From Octopus vulgaris (taxonomy: Eukaryota): a stretch of 64,000 nt of DNA. A model generated the notes under the pieces. It did not search any database, was not told the origin of the DNA, and was given only the letters and a program-made list of their open reading frames with translations. This document shows, one piece after another, positions 25,573 to 38,934 of this stretch. Within the stretch, counting starts at the first letter, position 1. Each line of letters opens with the position of its first letter. Made by a program: the position numbers and the translations under genes. The stretch lies in contig OX597814.1 of NCBI GenBank assembly GCA_951406725.2, positions 224,192,001 to 224,256,000 on the forward strand. Direction: 5' to 3'.

Positions 25573-25904
25573 TATATATATATTTACATATACACATAAA
25601 TACGTCCATGTATACACACACACACACACACCTTAATGTTTTTGTTGGTTCTCTTTGTTTTGGTGAGTGGGAGTATAAGTTATGATAAGTGTAATTTTAC
25701 ATTGAAGTGGTCGATTACTCAATACTTTTTGCTGAGTACTAATTTTGTATTCCTTAACAAGAATAGTATTAACATCTGACAGTAACTTCGAAGTTTTGGT
25801 CAGCTAAGCCACCATCGGACTAACAGTCAGATGATAGCTTAGCTGGCAGAAACTATTCGTGTTAAAGAATAGTGTATGTGTGTGTAAGAGAGACAGAAAG
25901 TGTA

Positions 25905-26135
25905 TTTTCTTTACTACACACGAGGGGCTAAACACAGAGGGGCCAAACAAGGACATACAAATGGATTAAGTCAATTACATCGACCCAAGTGCGAAATTGG
26001 TACTTTATTTTATTGACCCCGAAAGGATGAAAGGCAAAGTCGACCTCGGCGGAATTTGAACTCAGAACGTAACGGCAGACGAAATACCGCTAAGCATTTC
26101 GCCCGGCGCGCTAACGTTTCTGCCAGATCGCCGCC
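25905..26135 (-). mobile_element. SINE family A, tail type GTCCTTGTTTG..CCCTCTGTGTTTAGCCCC
   Basis: Homology to 33078-33310. Confidence 0.9.
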
Positions 26136-27373
26136 TGAGAGTGTGTGCGTGTGTATGTGTGCGTTTCTGTATACATACATACATACATACATACATACAT
26201 ACATACATACACACTGAAGGATTGCTCTAAAATATATGGCGCATTTTATAGATTTGTCTGTTTAAGTGCCATAAATGTATGAAACTAGAAGTAGCCCTTT
26301 CAGTTGTGTATTAAACTTATTTTGTTGATCCTACCTCAATTGGATCTGTAAAGTATACATACATACATATTTACATACATGTACACACACACACACACAC
26401 ACACACATACACACACACGCACACACATACATACGTGTGTATGGTGTGTGTTTGCGTACGTGTGCGATTGTGTTTGTACCTCACCATCACTTAACAAGTA
26501 ACACCCTCGTAACTTAGCTGTTAAGCAAAAGAACCCTATAGAATAAGTAGAAGACTTAAAATATGCACTGGCGTCTTTTTGTTCGACTAAGCTTTTCACG
26601 TCAGTACCCCAGCATGGACGTACAGGTCAACATGTGCGGGCCCTTGTGAGTGTTGCCCAAGAAAATTCATGCAGGAACACGAAACTACAGCCATAAACAC
26701 CAGGCCATGCTTTCCAGCGTTTAAAGAAAAACTTAACAGATTGCTTCGTCGACTACCTTTCATTTCGTAATCTACAACGATCTGTAGTGTGAAACGAATA
26801 AATAACATTGTCTTGCTAGTAATCTAGGTTTTTTTTTGTACAGATCAAGAAATACAACTTCATTCTGATAAACCATTTATTCTTGTGGCAATGTATTTTC
26901 GAATTATTTACATTCTGTAATCCTCAAAGTTCTGCACCGGTCGTCCGATTACTTTTGTGCAAAGCTGTGCGTGTGTGTGTGTGTATTTGAGCTTGTGTTT
27001 GTGTGTGTGATTTCCTTATTAACTATTCTCTAACAAACTCCGTTTAACAAAAGCCATTTTTGTACTATACTTCTTTTCAATTATCATTGGGTTACTTTAA
27101 TTTCTTTGCCTGGTGTCATATTTACCAGGTTTTTTGACAGATTATGTATACACACAAACACATTAACATATCTGTGAGAGTGTGTATTTCTCTGTATGTA
27201 TGTCAGTGCGCAAGCGCATGTGTAAGTCTGTGTTGTATGTGTCCGTACGTGTGTGAGTGCGCATATTTTTTTGTATGTACATTGTACTTGGCGTATTTCC
27301 CTTTTATTCAGTGACGAAATTTATCGCTTGTCTTCAAGCATATCAGATCTTAAGGTGGAATTGTTTATGAATT

Positions 27374-27375
<2 letters not shown>

Positions 27376-27419
<44 letters not shown>

Positions 27420-27459
27420 CATACATATGTACGTACGTGCGTAGATTATATGTACGTGC

Positions 27460-27504
<45 letters not shown>

Positions 27505-27551
27505 TAAGTATATGTATATATATATATATACATACATATATATATACTGTG

Positions 27552-27637
<86 letters not shown>

Positions 27638-27690
27638 TATATATATATACACGCACACACACACACACACATATATATATACATATATAT
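27376..27690. repeat. Long interrupted (TA)n microsatellite
   Basis: Direct reading. Confidence 0.95.
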
Positions 27691-27699
27691 GTACATGCA

Positions 27700-27960
27700 G
27701 ACAAGATACACTGGCCCAAGAGGAATTGCAATCCCCCAATCAAAATCAGTGCTTGACCTGGACATTGACATGAACAATGATGCATGTTTCCAAGTGCATA
27801 TTACCAATTTGGTAATAAAATGCAGACGGCTAGCTGGATGGAGACTCCGAACTTTCAAAACAAGAGTAAAGGAGTCATTGATGGTCCTTTTGAGGACATA
27901 CGTCCTCAAGCCACTTGGAGTACTGCCCCCAACTATGGTCACCACACATTATAAAATTCA
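27700..27960 (+). pseudogene. CR1-type LINE reverse transcriptase C-terminal fragment
   Basis: [35 protein letters not shown]...[10 protein letters not shown] then, after a frameshift, [12 protein letters not shown]. Confidence 0.8.
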
Positions 27961-28279
27961 CGGCGGAACTCGAAGCAATCCTGTTGTTGCTATAGCAACC
28001 AGTCTGCTTCCTGTCGTTCCTTCCTGCTGTTAATGGCTAGTTTCAATTTGTTTATAAGGAGGGCTTCCATAATTCTGAGCTTTCCCCTGTTGTGTTGGGT
28101 TTCCTTGATGGAAACTTTGAAGTTCCGGAAATACACGTAAAATACCTAGACAAGACAAGAAACAGGCGAACAAGCTACACAACAGCTTGGCTCATTACTA
28201 TGGAAACAGGCACCAATTTATCTGTGGTTTTCGATTGGCTAAAATTACTCATAATTTGCAAACTTTAAAAGCTTTGCAT

Positions 28280-28885
28280 TTTGAATTCAAATTCTGCAGG
28301 GGTAGACATTGCCTTTCATCTTTTCGAAGTCGATGAAATAAATACCAGTTGAGTTCGATGTAATCGCCCCACCCCCCAGAAATTACTGGCTTAGTGCTAA
28401 AATTTGAAACCAATACAGATCTATATTAAGACGGCGAACAGGTAGAATTGTTTGCCCGCCAGGTAAAATGCTAAGCGGTATTTCGCCCGTCTTTAAGTTC
28501 TGAATTAAAATTCTGCAGAGGTCGACTTCGCCTTTCATCATTTCGAAGTCGGTGAAACAAGTACCAGTTGAATACTGGGGTTGATGTAATCGACTTACCC
28601 TCCTCCCCACCCGAAATTGCTGATCTTGTGCCAAAATTTGAAACTAATACTTATCTAAATTAAGGTGGCGATCAGGCAGAATCGTTTGGATGCTGTGCAA
28701 AATGCTAAGCGGTATTTAGTCCATCTTTACATTCTGAGTTCAATTCCACCAAGGTCTCGACTTTGCCTTTCATCATTTCGAGATCGTTGAAATAAGGTAC
28801 CATATAAGGACTTGGTTCGACGTAATCGACTTACACCCCCACCCTTCTCGAAATTACTGGTTTGTGCCAAAATTTGATATCAATA
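28280..28885 (+). mobile_element. Tandem array of three SINE family A copies
   Basis: Units end ...AAAATTTGAAAC.AATAC..ATCTA..TTAAG and restart with the SINE head. Confidence 0.85.
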
Positions 28886-29300
28886 TTTGTCTACACTGCT
28901 TTGTGTTAGTGACCTTGACCTTTCGTTCACATCTTTTTAAAAGCACGTGCTGTTTAGATATTTTGAATTCTGATGCCCCATAGATTAGAAGAATTCTGGG
29001 TTTCTTTTATGATTTCTTTTTTTCTTTTGATTTTCTATTAGCATATGAAAAACGAAAGAACCATCTTGACATACGGACCTTTCATCTTTGCTTAAAACCT
29101 TAATTTTCCCCAGATGTATGTTAACAACTATGACAGAATCTAATGACGACAGATCTAAAGTATGTTTTAAAACGTTGCACCAAAGACTGGTTTTAAATCT
29201 AAATAATATTTATTCCGCTTTCATAGAAACAGCTTCAGATCTTTTTTTTAACCGACGTCAAATCTACGGTTCTGGTATTGTTTTGAAAGCTCGATTCGTA

Positions 29301-29301
<1 letters not shown>

Positions 29302-29366
<65 letters not shown>

Positions 29367-29385
29367 CACCACCACCACCACCACC

Positions 29386-29441
<56 letters not shown>
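29302..29441. repeat. (CTA)n(CCA)n(CTA)n repeat
   Basis: Direct reading. Confidence 0.95.
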
Positions 29442-29909
29442 GGGAGGTGATGAAAGGGGTGGAAGCGATGGTGTTGTATGTGATGACGTTACTCAGTACA
29501 TAATTTTCTTTGAACTACAAGCTTTGTTTCTTAAGACATCAGACAAAGGAAAGACTTTCTGAAGTTGAAAGCCTTCCAAAGTAGCAACTGTTCACCGTCA
29601 ATCAAAAAATATCTCTGTCTGTAGCGTGTGTTGGTTACAGAGGTGGTGGAAGTAATGAAGGGAATAAATTCACGGTCACCCGTCTTCACGTATTGTGTGG
29701 TTTATGCGAATGTGTGTCTGTATAAGTGTGCGTTGCGTGTTTTCATGTATGAGTGTGTACCAGTGACAGCGAACGAGAGAAAGAGAGAAAGAGGGGCGGG
29801 GTTCCGTTGTTGGTCATATAGACGTTTTATGAGATAGGTTTGGTAAAGTATTCAAGCGTGACAACCTTGAGATATTATTGTACATAATTTTTTTTCTATA
29901 TTTATACCG

Positions 29910-30019
29910 ATGGGACATAGCCGGTTCGAGATAAACTCTTGAGACATGGAAGTGCCGTTGGCCGGTCCTGTTCGCGATGCGTCTTGTACAACGAACCACG
30001 CGCTTGTCCAATGCCCAAG
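29910..30019 (+). pseudogene. L1/Tx1 ORF2 C-terminal zinc knuckle (zf-RVT) fragment
   Basis: PVRDKLLRHGSAVGRSCSRC...NE then, after a frameshift, HALVQCP. Confidence 0.7.
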
Positions 30020-30021
30020 TA

Positions 30022-30738
30022 CCGTAAATCCTCGAGTATAGTTTGCCCTCGAGTATAATACGCAGGGGATTTTTAGGGGGCTGTACCTCTGAAAAACCTA
30101 AACCTTGTGTATAATAGGCACCCCTTCTCTAACTTCAGTCAAGGAGGTCTATATAACATCCTTGGTTTGTAAAAATGTATACGGTAACGTCCTTTATTAT
30201 TTATTTATTTATTTACTGCCCACTAGGGGCTACACACAGAGGGGACAAACAGGGACAAACAAGTGCGTGACTGGTATTTATTTAATCGACCTCGAAAGGA
30301 TGAAAGGCAAAGTCGACCTCGGCGGAATTTGAACTCAGAACGTAGCGGCAGACGAAATACTGCTAAGCATTTCGCCCGGCTTGCGAACGTTTTTGCCAGC
30401 TCACCTTTATTATTATTGAATATATAATAACATAATGCAAACGTGTAGCTTTTTTGTGCATTTTGCTTGCAGAAAATAAAGAAATAACAGTAACAACAGT
30501 AATAACGTTTAATAAATTATGCTTACTGCAAGTTATGGATGATTCTTTTATGACTTCATTGCTTTCAGGCTTAGCTTAAGATATTTTCGCGCCCTACATC
30601 ACAAAATGCGTCTGAATAAACATTGCCGGACATTGCCAAGAAAATATTTTACTTTTTTAACCCCGTATATAGTACACACTAGTGATTTTGACCTTTAAAT
30701 TTTGGGGGGAAATGCGGATTATACTCGAGGATTTACGG
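30022..30738. mobile_element. pogo/Tc2-type MITE (19-bp perfect TIRs, TA TSD) containing a nested SINE
   Basis: TA|CCGTAAATCCTCGAGTATA ... TATACTCGAGGATTTACGG|TA. Confidence 0.85.
30203..30403 (-). mobile_element. SINE family A nested in the MITE
   Basis: CCTTTATTATT duplicated on both sides; absent from the sister copy at 47858. Confidence 0.9.
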
Positions 30739-30759
30739 TATTGTTGACTTGTGGAGTTG

Positions 30760-31110
30760 TGAGGTGCATTCTGAAAGTTTTAAAACTTTTTCAGGAGATA
30801 TATTTATTAATTTCAAAGAAGTACAAAACTCTAATCACCTTCAAAGTAGAATCCCCGGACTCCAATACATTTGGTGTAGTGCTCCAGCTAGTACGTGGAA
30901 GCCCAGTGGAAGTCCTCCAAAGTGAAGGTGTCCATGTCCTTTGTCACAGCTTCCTCCATCTTCTAAATGTCTTCAAAACTACTGCCCCCGAGGGAATCAA
31001 CCAAAACTCACAGGGGCTAAGGTCTGAAATGTGGGGAAGGTGAGGGACAAATTTGATGCCCACCTCTCTCAAATAGTTGGTTACCAGAATGGAATTGTGA
31101 CAAGCAGTAT
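30760..31110 (-). mobile_element. Mariner transposon remnant (C-terminus and right end)
   Basis: Minus strand KMEEAVTKDMDTFTLEDFHWASTY*LEHYTKCIGVRGFYFEGD*. Confidence 0.8.
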
Positions 31111-31221
31111 GTAGTAGGCTGTGACAAGTAGTGTTTAGTTGGGTGCATTCAAAGTACTTGTTTCCTTCATTCTAGAATAATAAGTTAGCAGGTCAGCTAA
31201 TTAGATATATAGTAAAAGGGA

Positions 31222-31440
31222 TGAAGACTCCTTTCGGTCATGAATGATCATGGGATTTCACCTAGAAAGTTGCCCTCCGAAGCAGAAATCTGCATAACAG
31301 CCTCTCCTCTCCATGCCACCGATGTTATCCAAGGGAAAGGCAAAGGCTGATACAGCTTGGCACCAGTGACGTCGCAACTCATTTCTACAGTTGAGTGAAC
31401 TGGAGCAACATGAAATAAAGTGTCTTGCTCAAGAACACAA
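31222..31440 (-). mobile_element. SINE family B, 5'-truncated
   Basis: CTTGAGCAAGACACTTTATTTCA.GTTGCTCCAGTTCACTCA body; tail shared with 2946. Confidence 0.75.
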
Positions 31441-32544
31441 CTCGACCACAATATATAACAGTTAATAATGCCTCTCCTAAGAAAGACTTAAAATGTAATA
31501 ATAACAATAAACAGTCATTGATGCAAAAGACGACTTCTTATCCTTCAAATTGCTTGCCTTGTGCCTATATTAGAAATCATTTCTGAAGATGGTAGTTGGC
31601 AAAATCGATACAGAGCCAGGCAAAATAATTTTACACTCTTTTGCGTTCGAATTTCACCAAGGCCCGCTTTCGTTATTCTGCAACCCCAAAAAATGAAATA
31701 GGTGGGAAGTACTGGAGTCGATTTATTCTACTATAACTTCTAACGTAAAATATGTGGCCTTGTGCTTCATTTAGAAATATGCGGTGGTGGTCTGTTATCT
31801 TTTAGCGGAAGAAGCATTAAAGTTGATAAATAGTATAGACGTCAATGTTTGGAAGAGAGCCTACTGATAAGAAGCAAAACAGGATGAAGCACACGTCTCT
31901 TGTAAAAACATTAAATAACGAACACACAACATTCATACACACACACAGGAAAATAGTCGCTGATTTTTGAGAGAGTAAATGGCAAATACTGACATATGAC
32001 ATTTTACAGAATTTATTCAATCGTATACAGTTGTACTTATATATGTTGTAATCTGACAGTTAATTCCAATGGTCCTCAGTCGTTTTGTAGCTCAGTGACC
32101 CCTTTCACAGAATGGGATTTTTTTTCACAAACGGCCTATCTCCTTTTCATGCATGAGGAAAAAATATTTTAGTGAGTCAGAAGCTAATTTTGTGCAGTTG
32201 TCTATTATCCACATTTTCTTATACGATTCCATCAAACATGTGTTTTCCTTCAGATATTTGTTTGGAGGATTCCTAATATATATCTATATGGCGATTACCA
32301 AAAAAAAAAAAAAAAAAAGCAAGGACTTATAAGATGAAATAATAGTGGCCGTTTCTGCATCATCTGTCAAGCTTCTACTAACAGACTACGCAATATTTTA
32401 ATGCTAGTATTTTTATCATGGTAAAGAGTTTTTCGAAAATGTATTTAAAATATAAGAATGGCCCTACGTTTAAATATGTGATTTTCTTCAAGCATTGTAG
32501 GCCATATTATGTATAAGTCGGGGCAGTGTTCTTATCTTAGTTTT

Positions 32545-32582
32545 GCTTTCGGCTGTTGTATACTCCAGCTTTCTTCAGGCGT
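32545..32582 (-). ncRNA. Partial hammerhead-like motif
   Basis: CTGAAGA-A-AGCTG-GAGTATACAA-CAGCC-GAAA; no clear stem III or stem I. Confidence 0.3.
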
Positions 32583-32769
32583 CTTGTGATTCACCTTAGT
32601 GCTTTACCTGGGATTGAACTCAGAACCCCTAGATGACGACGCTGCATTAACTAGCGCCTTTATCTACTACGCTATGACCGAAGGCAGAGACAGAGAGAAT
32701 TTTTAAGGCTTGTAAGCCTCCACTGAAGGCTTATACCGGATCCATATCGATTGTAGGCCATGTTTTTTG

Positions 32770-33580
32770 TTTGACTTGCTACAGTGAACTTATGAGTAAA
32801 ATAATCTGGGGAGATTTGCGTTTATGAATTTGGATTGCGTTAGATGTGAAGGGACATTTCTTAGAGGATAATTTCAGCCAACCATCCTGCTGTTTCTGTT
32901 AGGTCGGGGTTGAAACACTTGTTCTGACAAGGATACTCAACCTACAACGGGTGGGGCATTGTGCATGTAGATGTGTAGAGAGTAGTTGAGATTAGACAGT
33001 GATCAATGGATTACCTGATAGGATTATAGATGGTAATGACTTGACATAGGTTGGATTTGAAGCTGAATCAAATTAAAGGCGGCGAGCTGGCAGAAAGGTT
33101 AGCACGCCGGGCCAAATGCTTAGCGGTATTTCGTCTGCCGTTACGTTCTGAGTTCAAATTCCGCCGAGGTCGACTTAGCCTTTCATCCTTTCGGGGTCGA
33201 TTAAATAAGTACCAATTACACACTGGGGTCGATATAATCGACTTAATCTGTTTGTATGTCCTTGTTTGTCCCCTCTGTGTGTAGCCCCTTGTGGGCAATA
33301 AAGAAATAAGATATATTTAGAGGAAGGAGACCAGCTTTAGATTGACAGAATAACTAGGTCATGCAGGTGAATAGTAGGGAAAATAGAATCTAGATATAAC
33401 TAGAAATCACTTTCTGAATACAGAGTGTAACCTGGATAGCAAAAATACGCAGAACTATAGACAAATGTGAGAAATATCTGTCTCAGAGAGGAACAGGATG
33501 TGTTTGTAAGGGGTGGTGAGTCGGACCTTGGTAAGATCGGAGTTCACTGATGTTAAAAGAAGAGGAAAATTGCATAATCA
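32770..33580 (-). pseudogene. Degraded apurinic-endonuclease (APE) region of a LINE, interrupted by a SINE
   Basis: Minus strand SFNISELRS...HILFLSETDI...FCYPGYTLY (APE N-terminal N..L and L.ET motifs); the left extent is uncertain. Confidence 0.45.
33078..33310 (+). mobile_element. Full-length SINE family A
   Basis: GGCGGCGAGCTGGCAGAAAGGTTAGC...GAGTTCAAATTCC (B box)...CCTTTCATCCTTTCGGGGTCGAT...GCAATAAAGAAATAAG. Confidence 0.92.
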
Positions 33581-33859
33581 GTCGAATTTAGTAATATTCT
33601 AATCGGAGTTGGACTGTTGTAAATTTTCGGATCCTATTTTTAAAATGTCAACTCCGATAAAAACATACGTCGGCCATAAAGTGGTATTAAACAGAGTGAA
33701 GTAATGCACCCATCACCCATCAAGTACCTGTCACCCAGCTACAATAAGATTGTCTACTTTTTTTCGAAATACTTTGCTCTGTAATACGAGATACTGCATT
33801 TTGCAATCGATATGGTACTAGTCTCTCTAAACCCATTAAGATTTAGGACAAGGCGAATT

Positions 33860-34180
33860 TTTGAACGGTAATTCTATTTTAAGAACAAAAGTCAATTCAT
33901 TTTTGCCTCTGTGTATTGTGAAGGCCTGTGAAGTTAGATAATTATTTTCTCTCGGCGCCGCGATAGAAATGAATGTCATTCATTAACAAAAAATCTGCAG
34001 CACATTTTTGAACTCACACAATTCCTCTTAACATGTTTTGTCAAACCCAAACTGAAATACAAGAATCTGTCGCGACGTCGAGAGAAAATTATGGACTTCA
34101 CAAGCCGTCATAACAATAACACCGAATCGAGGATGAGTTAAGCTTTGTACTAAGACAAAATTTCTGCCGAAGAATTCTTT
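33860..34180. repeat. Old imperfect inverted repeat (MITE-like)
   Basis: TGTGAAGT..ATAATT.TTTTCTCTCGGCGCCGCGATAGA vs TCTGTCGCGACGTCGAGAGAAAATTATGGACTTCACA. Confidence 0.55.
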
Positions 34181-34934
34181 TGTTCCGAGAAGCGTCTACT
34201 CTTGATTAACAGTGGGATACAAGATTAATCTTCACCAACTGATCAGACGATTTTACCGGTCGGCAGGCGTGAATTTACAGAACTACTCTATCCAAGCAGT
34301 AGATTTCAAAATCATATGTTCGAAAACTAATTGCACCTTTATCGTTTCAATCCCTGTCCCATCAAGTCTAAAGGCCATAATCTAAAAAAATATCTATGCA
34401 TAGAAATGAATGTTATCCATTCAAAATTTTTTTTTTAAATCCGTTTCGTTGACGACTTCTACGTTCATATTTTTTATGTTCGTATAGTGTTTCGAAATCC
34501 TTTGTGGCATATCTTTACGCCAATAATAAACAAACGCTCTTGTTTTATTTCCCTTCTTTAATTATTGCTGGTCAACTAGTTAACTATTTAATCAATTAAC
34601 TAATCGATTATTTCATTAAGCGGTCGATCAATCTATCAATCAGCTGGGTACCCGAGAGTCCTTTTTCACCATTCACGATCTCATCAGTTTTTAATTGGTT
34701 CATTTAAATATTGCTAACTGTAACGCACAGAACCTAAATTTTGCAAATACAGACTATATAGATATCTATTTTACTGATTGTGGTAGCCTGCAAAATGTTT
34801 TTGCATCATGAATGTGTGTATATATATATACATATATATATATATATAGCTAATCCAAACATGAAAACACAAAGAGAAAACACAACAACGCGAGGACGTG
34901 GAACAAGTATAGGGAAAGGAAAGTAAGAAGGAGA

Positions 34935-34969
34935 ATTTAACGTTTCGAGCGGAGCTCTTCGTCAGAAAC
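34935..34969 (-). ncRNA. Minimal hammerhead, extra-A family, in a short element at ~34846-35030
   Basis: Minus strand GTTT-CTGACGA-A-GAGC-TCC-GCTC-GAAAC-GTT^AAAT. Confidence 0.7.
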
Positions 34970-35801
34970 ATAGGAAAAGGAAAGAGCCAAGGAAGAGAAG
35001 ATGGAGGGAAAAAATCGCCAATGATACACAATATATAGTTGCAAGTCATCTTCGGCAAAGGTTTTTTATTACAACCCCAGGCCGACCTAAACTCGTGAGT
35101 GGATTTAGTTGACTGAAACGGAAGGAAGTCGGTCGTATCTTTTACTTGTTCCAGTCATTTGACTGAGGTCATGTGTGTGTTTGTGTGTGTGTGACAGAGA
35201 GAGAGAGAGAGAGTGTGTGTGTGTGTGTGCGCGCGTATGTGTGAGACAGTGTGTGTGTGTGCGTGTGAGAGAGCGAGAGTGTGTGTGCGTGCGTGTGTGT
35301 GTGTGTGTGTGTGTGTGAGGTATATAATGCTCATAATTCTACGGTAGACATGAAATAATACACAAGCAACAATACACACGTTAGAAACATTATGAGTTAC
35401 AAATATTAATATCAAATTAATATATTCATATAAGTAGTCGGGCGAATTAATAATGTAAGCTGCGGAATGACTCCAAAATAATGAGGACAGCATCTACGTC
35501 TATGCGCTTCGTGCAGGTTTTTACATATGTTTAGCTGGGCTATCATTACATTGTTTGGCTGGTCTCTCATTACAAATACGTCATCATGGCTGTAACTGCA
35601 AGGGCAAAAGTTCTACCGGTGTCACATATCGCTATACATACCAATTAAAACAACTCTATAATATCAGAAAGAGTTCACATGTCACACTTTACAGACAGCC
35701 TACATTAGCAGACAGACACCTACTTCGCCTTGGGAAATCATCTGATATATATATATATATATATAAATATATCTATATATATATATGTATGTATGAATGT
35801 A

Positions 35802-36365
35802 TAGGGGGTGGACAAAATAATGGAAACACCTAGCATCATAGCATCATAATTTTGGAATATCTGTAAAATCGTCAAGCTTGTTTATTTTTATGTCTTTTCA
35901 TTTATTAGTGTTGCTTAATATGTTTTGCTAAAATCGCTACTCCTTTTCAGATATCACCAGAAAAAGGTAATTAAAATGACAGATCTGTTGGACTTTCAAA
36001 GCGGTCAAATTGTTGGTGTTTGTATGGCAGGTACTAGCGTAATGAAAATAACCGAAATGTTTGGTGTATCAAGAAATACTGTCTCGAAAGTAATGACAGC
36101 CTTCGAGAAAGAGGAAAAAACCTCCTCGTCGAAACAAAACTCCGGAAAAACCCAAAACATTCAGATAGGGATCATCGGACTCATACGCGAATTGTTAGAA
36201 AGGATCACAAAAGTACAGTTCCCAAAATAACTGCAGAGCTTAATGATCACCTTGAGAACCCAGTTTCCACAAAAACTGTTCGCCGGGAGATGCACAAAGC
36301 CTGATATCATGGTAGGGCTGCAGACAGAAGACCACTGCTTTCAAAAACAAACGTTGCAAAGCGTA
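35802..36365 (+). mobile_element. Tc1-family transposon, left TIR plus truncated transposase N-terminus
   Basis: TIR-like (T)AGGGGGTGGACAAAATAATGGAAACACC after TA; MTDLLDFQSGQIVG..AGTSV.KITEMFGVSRNTVSKV...NSG, then frameshifted ITAELNDHLENPVSTKTVRREMHKA. Confidence 0.9.
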
Positions 36366-36448
36366 TGGATATAAATGCGGATGTATTTTTATCTTTAAGT
36401 ATATGTATATATGTGTGTGTGTATGCGTGTACATGTGCGTGTGTGTAT

Positions 36449-36484
<36 letters not shown>

Positions 36485-36499
36485 ATGTACGTGTGTGTG

Positions 36500-36820
36500 A
36501 AGGCGCGTGGCTTTGTGGTTAGGGTATACGGCTCGTGATCGTAAGGTCATGAGTTCAATTCCTGGCGATGCGTTTTGTCCTTGAGCAAGACATTTAATTT
36601 CACGTTGCTCCAGTTCACTCAAGTGACAAAAATGAGTAGTACCTTTATTTCAAATGGCCAGCCTCGTCACACTCTGTGTCACGCTGAATCTCCCCAAGAG
36701 CTATATTCATGGTGCACGTGCCTGCTGAGTGCTCAGCCACTTGCACGTTGATTTCACGAGCAGGCTGTTCCGTTGATCGGAATAACTGGGAGCCTTGTCG
36801 TCATAACCGACGTAGTGCCA
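36500..36820 (+). mobile_element. SINE family B
   Basis: GGCGCGTGGCTTTGTGGTTAGGG...GAGTTCAATTCC. Confidence 0.85.
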
Positions 36821-37189
36821 GTTTGTGTGTGTGTGTGTGTGTGTGTATCTATCGGTATGTATGTATCTATGTATTATATATGCATGGATGCATGTATGTA
36901 TGTATGTATGTATGTATGTATGTATGTATGTATGTATGTATGTATGTATGTATGTATGTATGTATGTATGTATGTATGTATAAGTACTGTTGAATACAGG
37001 ATGAGTTTCATTTAGCGTAGAGTACTCAATAGCACGTGGTAGAGTGTAGATATTGGCTATTTAGCAAATATCTCTCTCTCCAATTTCGAAATTGTTAGGG
37101 TGCAGGGTTTATATAAGTGCAAGATAAAAAGGAGTGGAGACGAATGACTATTTAATGCTGGAATATGAATACTGTGGAATATGAAGACT

Positions 37190-37405
37190 GATAGTTGGCA
37201 GAATCGTTAGCACAGCGGACATAATGGTTAGTGGCATTTCGTCCGTCCTTATGTTGCGTGTTCAAATTCTGCCGAGGTTGACTTTGCTTTTCATTCCTTT
37301 CGGGGCCGATAAATTTAAGTGCTAGTTGAGTACTGGGTTTGATGTAACCGCGACTTAACTCTTTCCCTGAAATTGCTGGCATTGTGCTAAAATTTGAAAC
37401 CAATA
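37190..37405 (+). mobile_element. SINE family A (AATTTGAAACCAATA tail)
   Basis: Homology to other copies. Confidence 0.85.
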
Positions 37406-37681
37406 TTCTGTGGAATATTTAGGTATGTATTGGGAGTAGGCAATGAGAGGGGGAGAAGGATTTCATTAATGAAGGTGCTAGAACAGTTAAACGTAAAAAA
37501 AGATGAGGTAAAAAACAGGAAAAGGGAATAAATAAGGAGAAAAATGACTTCACGTTGAAATTTGCCGACATCTTGGAGGTCAGAGCTATTGGGTGGTAGA
37601 TTGATGGTAAAGTAAAAGTGGGAATAGAGGAAAGACTTGAAAAAAAAAGAAGAAAAAAACAAACAAAAAACATTGTTATTT

Positions 37682-38100
37682 GGCGTAGGTGTGGCTGCAT
37701 GGTAAGTAGCTTGCTTACCAACCACATGTTCCGGGTTCAGTCCCACTGTGTGGCACCTTGGGTAAGTGTCTTCTACTATAGTCTCAGGCCGACCAAAGCC
37801 TTGTGAGTGGATTTGGTAGACGGAAACTGAAAGAAGCCCGTCGTATGTGTGTTTATATATATATATGTATGAGTGTGTGTATATGTTTGTGTGTCTGTGT
37901 TTGTCCCCCCAACATCGCTTGACAACCGATGCTGGTGTGTTTACAGGCCCGTAACTTAGCGGTTCGGCAAAAGAAACCGATAGAATAAGTACTAGGCTTA
38001 CAAAGAATAAGTCCTGGGGTCGAATTGCTCGACTAAAGGCAGTGCTCCAGCATGGCCGCAGTCAAACGACTGAAACACCTAAAAGAGTAAAAGAGTAAGA
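37682..38100 (+). mobile_element. Full-length SINE family C
   Basis: GGCGTAGGTGTGGCTGCATGGTAAG...GGTTCAGTCCC (B box)...internal TA/TG repeat...AAAAGAGTAAAAGAG. Confidence 0.92.
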
Positions 38101-38214
38101 GTCTGTTACTATGATCGCCGCTGTCGCCACCCTCATGGCTACTATGATCACTACGGCCATTACGAAGAGTAATACATCACAGCAGAGCATTGCTGATTCT
38201 GAGAAAGTGCCTGT

Positions 38215-38217
<3 letters not shown>

Positions 38218-38285
<68 letters not shown>
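38218..38285. repeat. (GA)n microsatellite
   Basis: Direct reading. Confidence 0.95.
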
Positions 38286-38289
<4 letters not shown>

Positions 38290-38473
38290 GTGTGGTGGTG
38301 AGAGAAAGCGATGTTGTATTTGACTGGTGCTGTATCTGTTGGCTCCAAAAGGATAAAATGGTAAGTTTACTTTGGCAAGGATAAACTTGCTTGAACGCAG
38401 AACGCAAAGATCTGGAACAATTTTATATATACCCATAAACACACTCACATGTATGCATGTATAGTATGTGTTT

Positions 38474-38507
<34 letters not shown>

Positions 38508-38934
38508 ATTTGAGTGAACCCAACCACAGAACATTTGGTTGCATTCCTGGTGAGACTTGATTCCATTACGTCATATACTTATCATTATCTTTTCTTATTT
38601 AGAGCATCAAAGTAATAAAAATAAATTTGAAAAAGCACCATTTTATATGAAATAGATAAAAGGTGATCGTCACCTTTGGGATATTTTTTTTGTGAGCTGT
38701 CCTAGTTAATTACTTTTTAAAACTACTACTGAGAGAAATTTATTTAAAAAATTAAGGTTTTTAGAAATAGTACGTCACGCTTACAGCAGAAAGATATTTC
38801 TTAAACAGAATCAAAAACGAAAACTATATTTAGAAATCAAAAACTGTTTAATGCAAAACTAAAGGTACACACATAACTATCTAGCTATCCATCTCTCTCT
38901 CCTTTGCTTGTTTGTCTTTCTCTTTCTCTTTCTC

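Noticed and set aside
27985-27998. Perfect RFX-like palindrome GTTGCTATAGCAAC and nearby CCAAT motifs
   Set aside because: Embedded in repeat-derived sequence; no promoter context visible.
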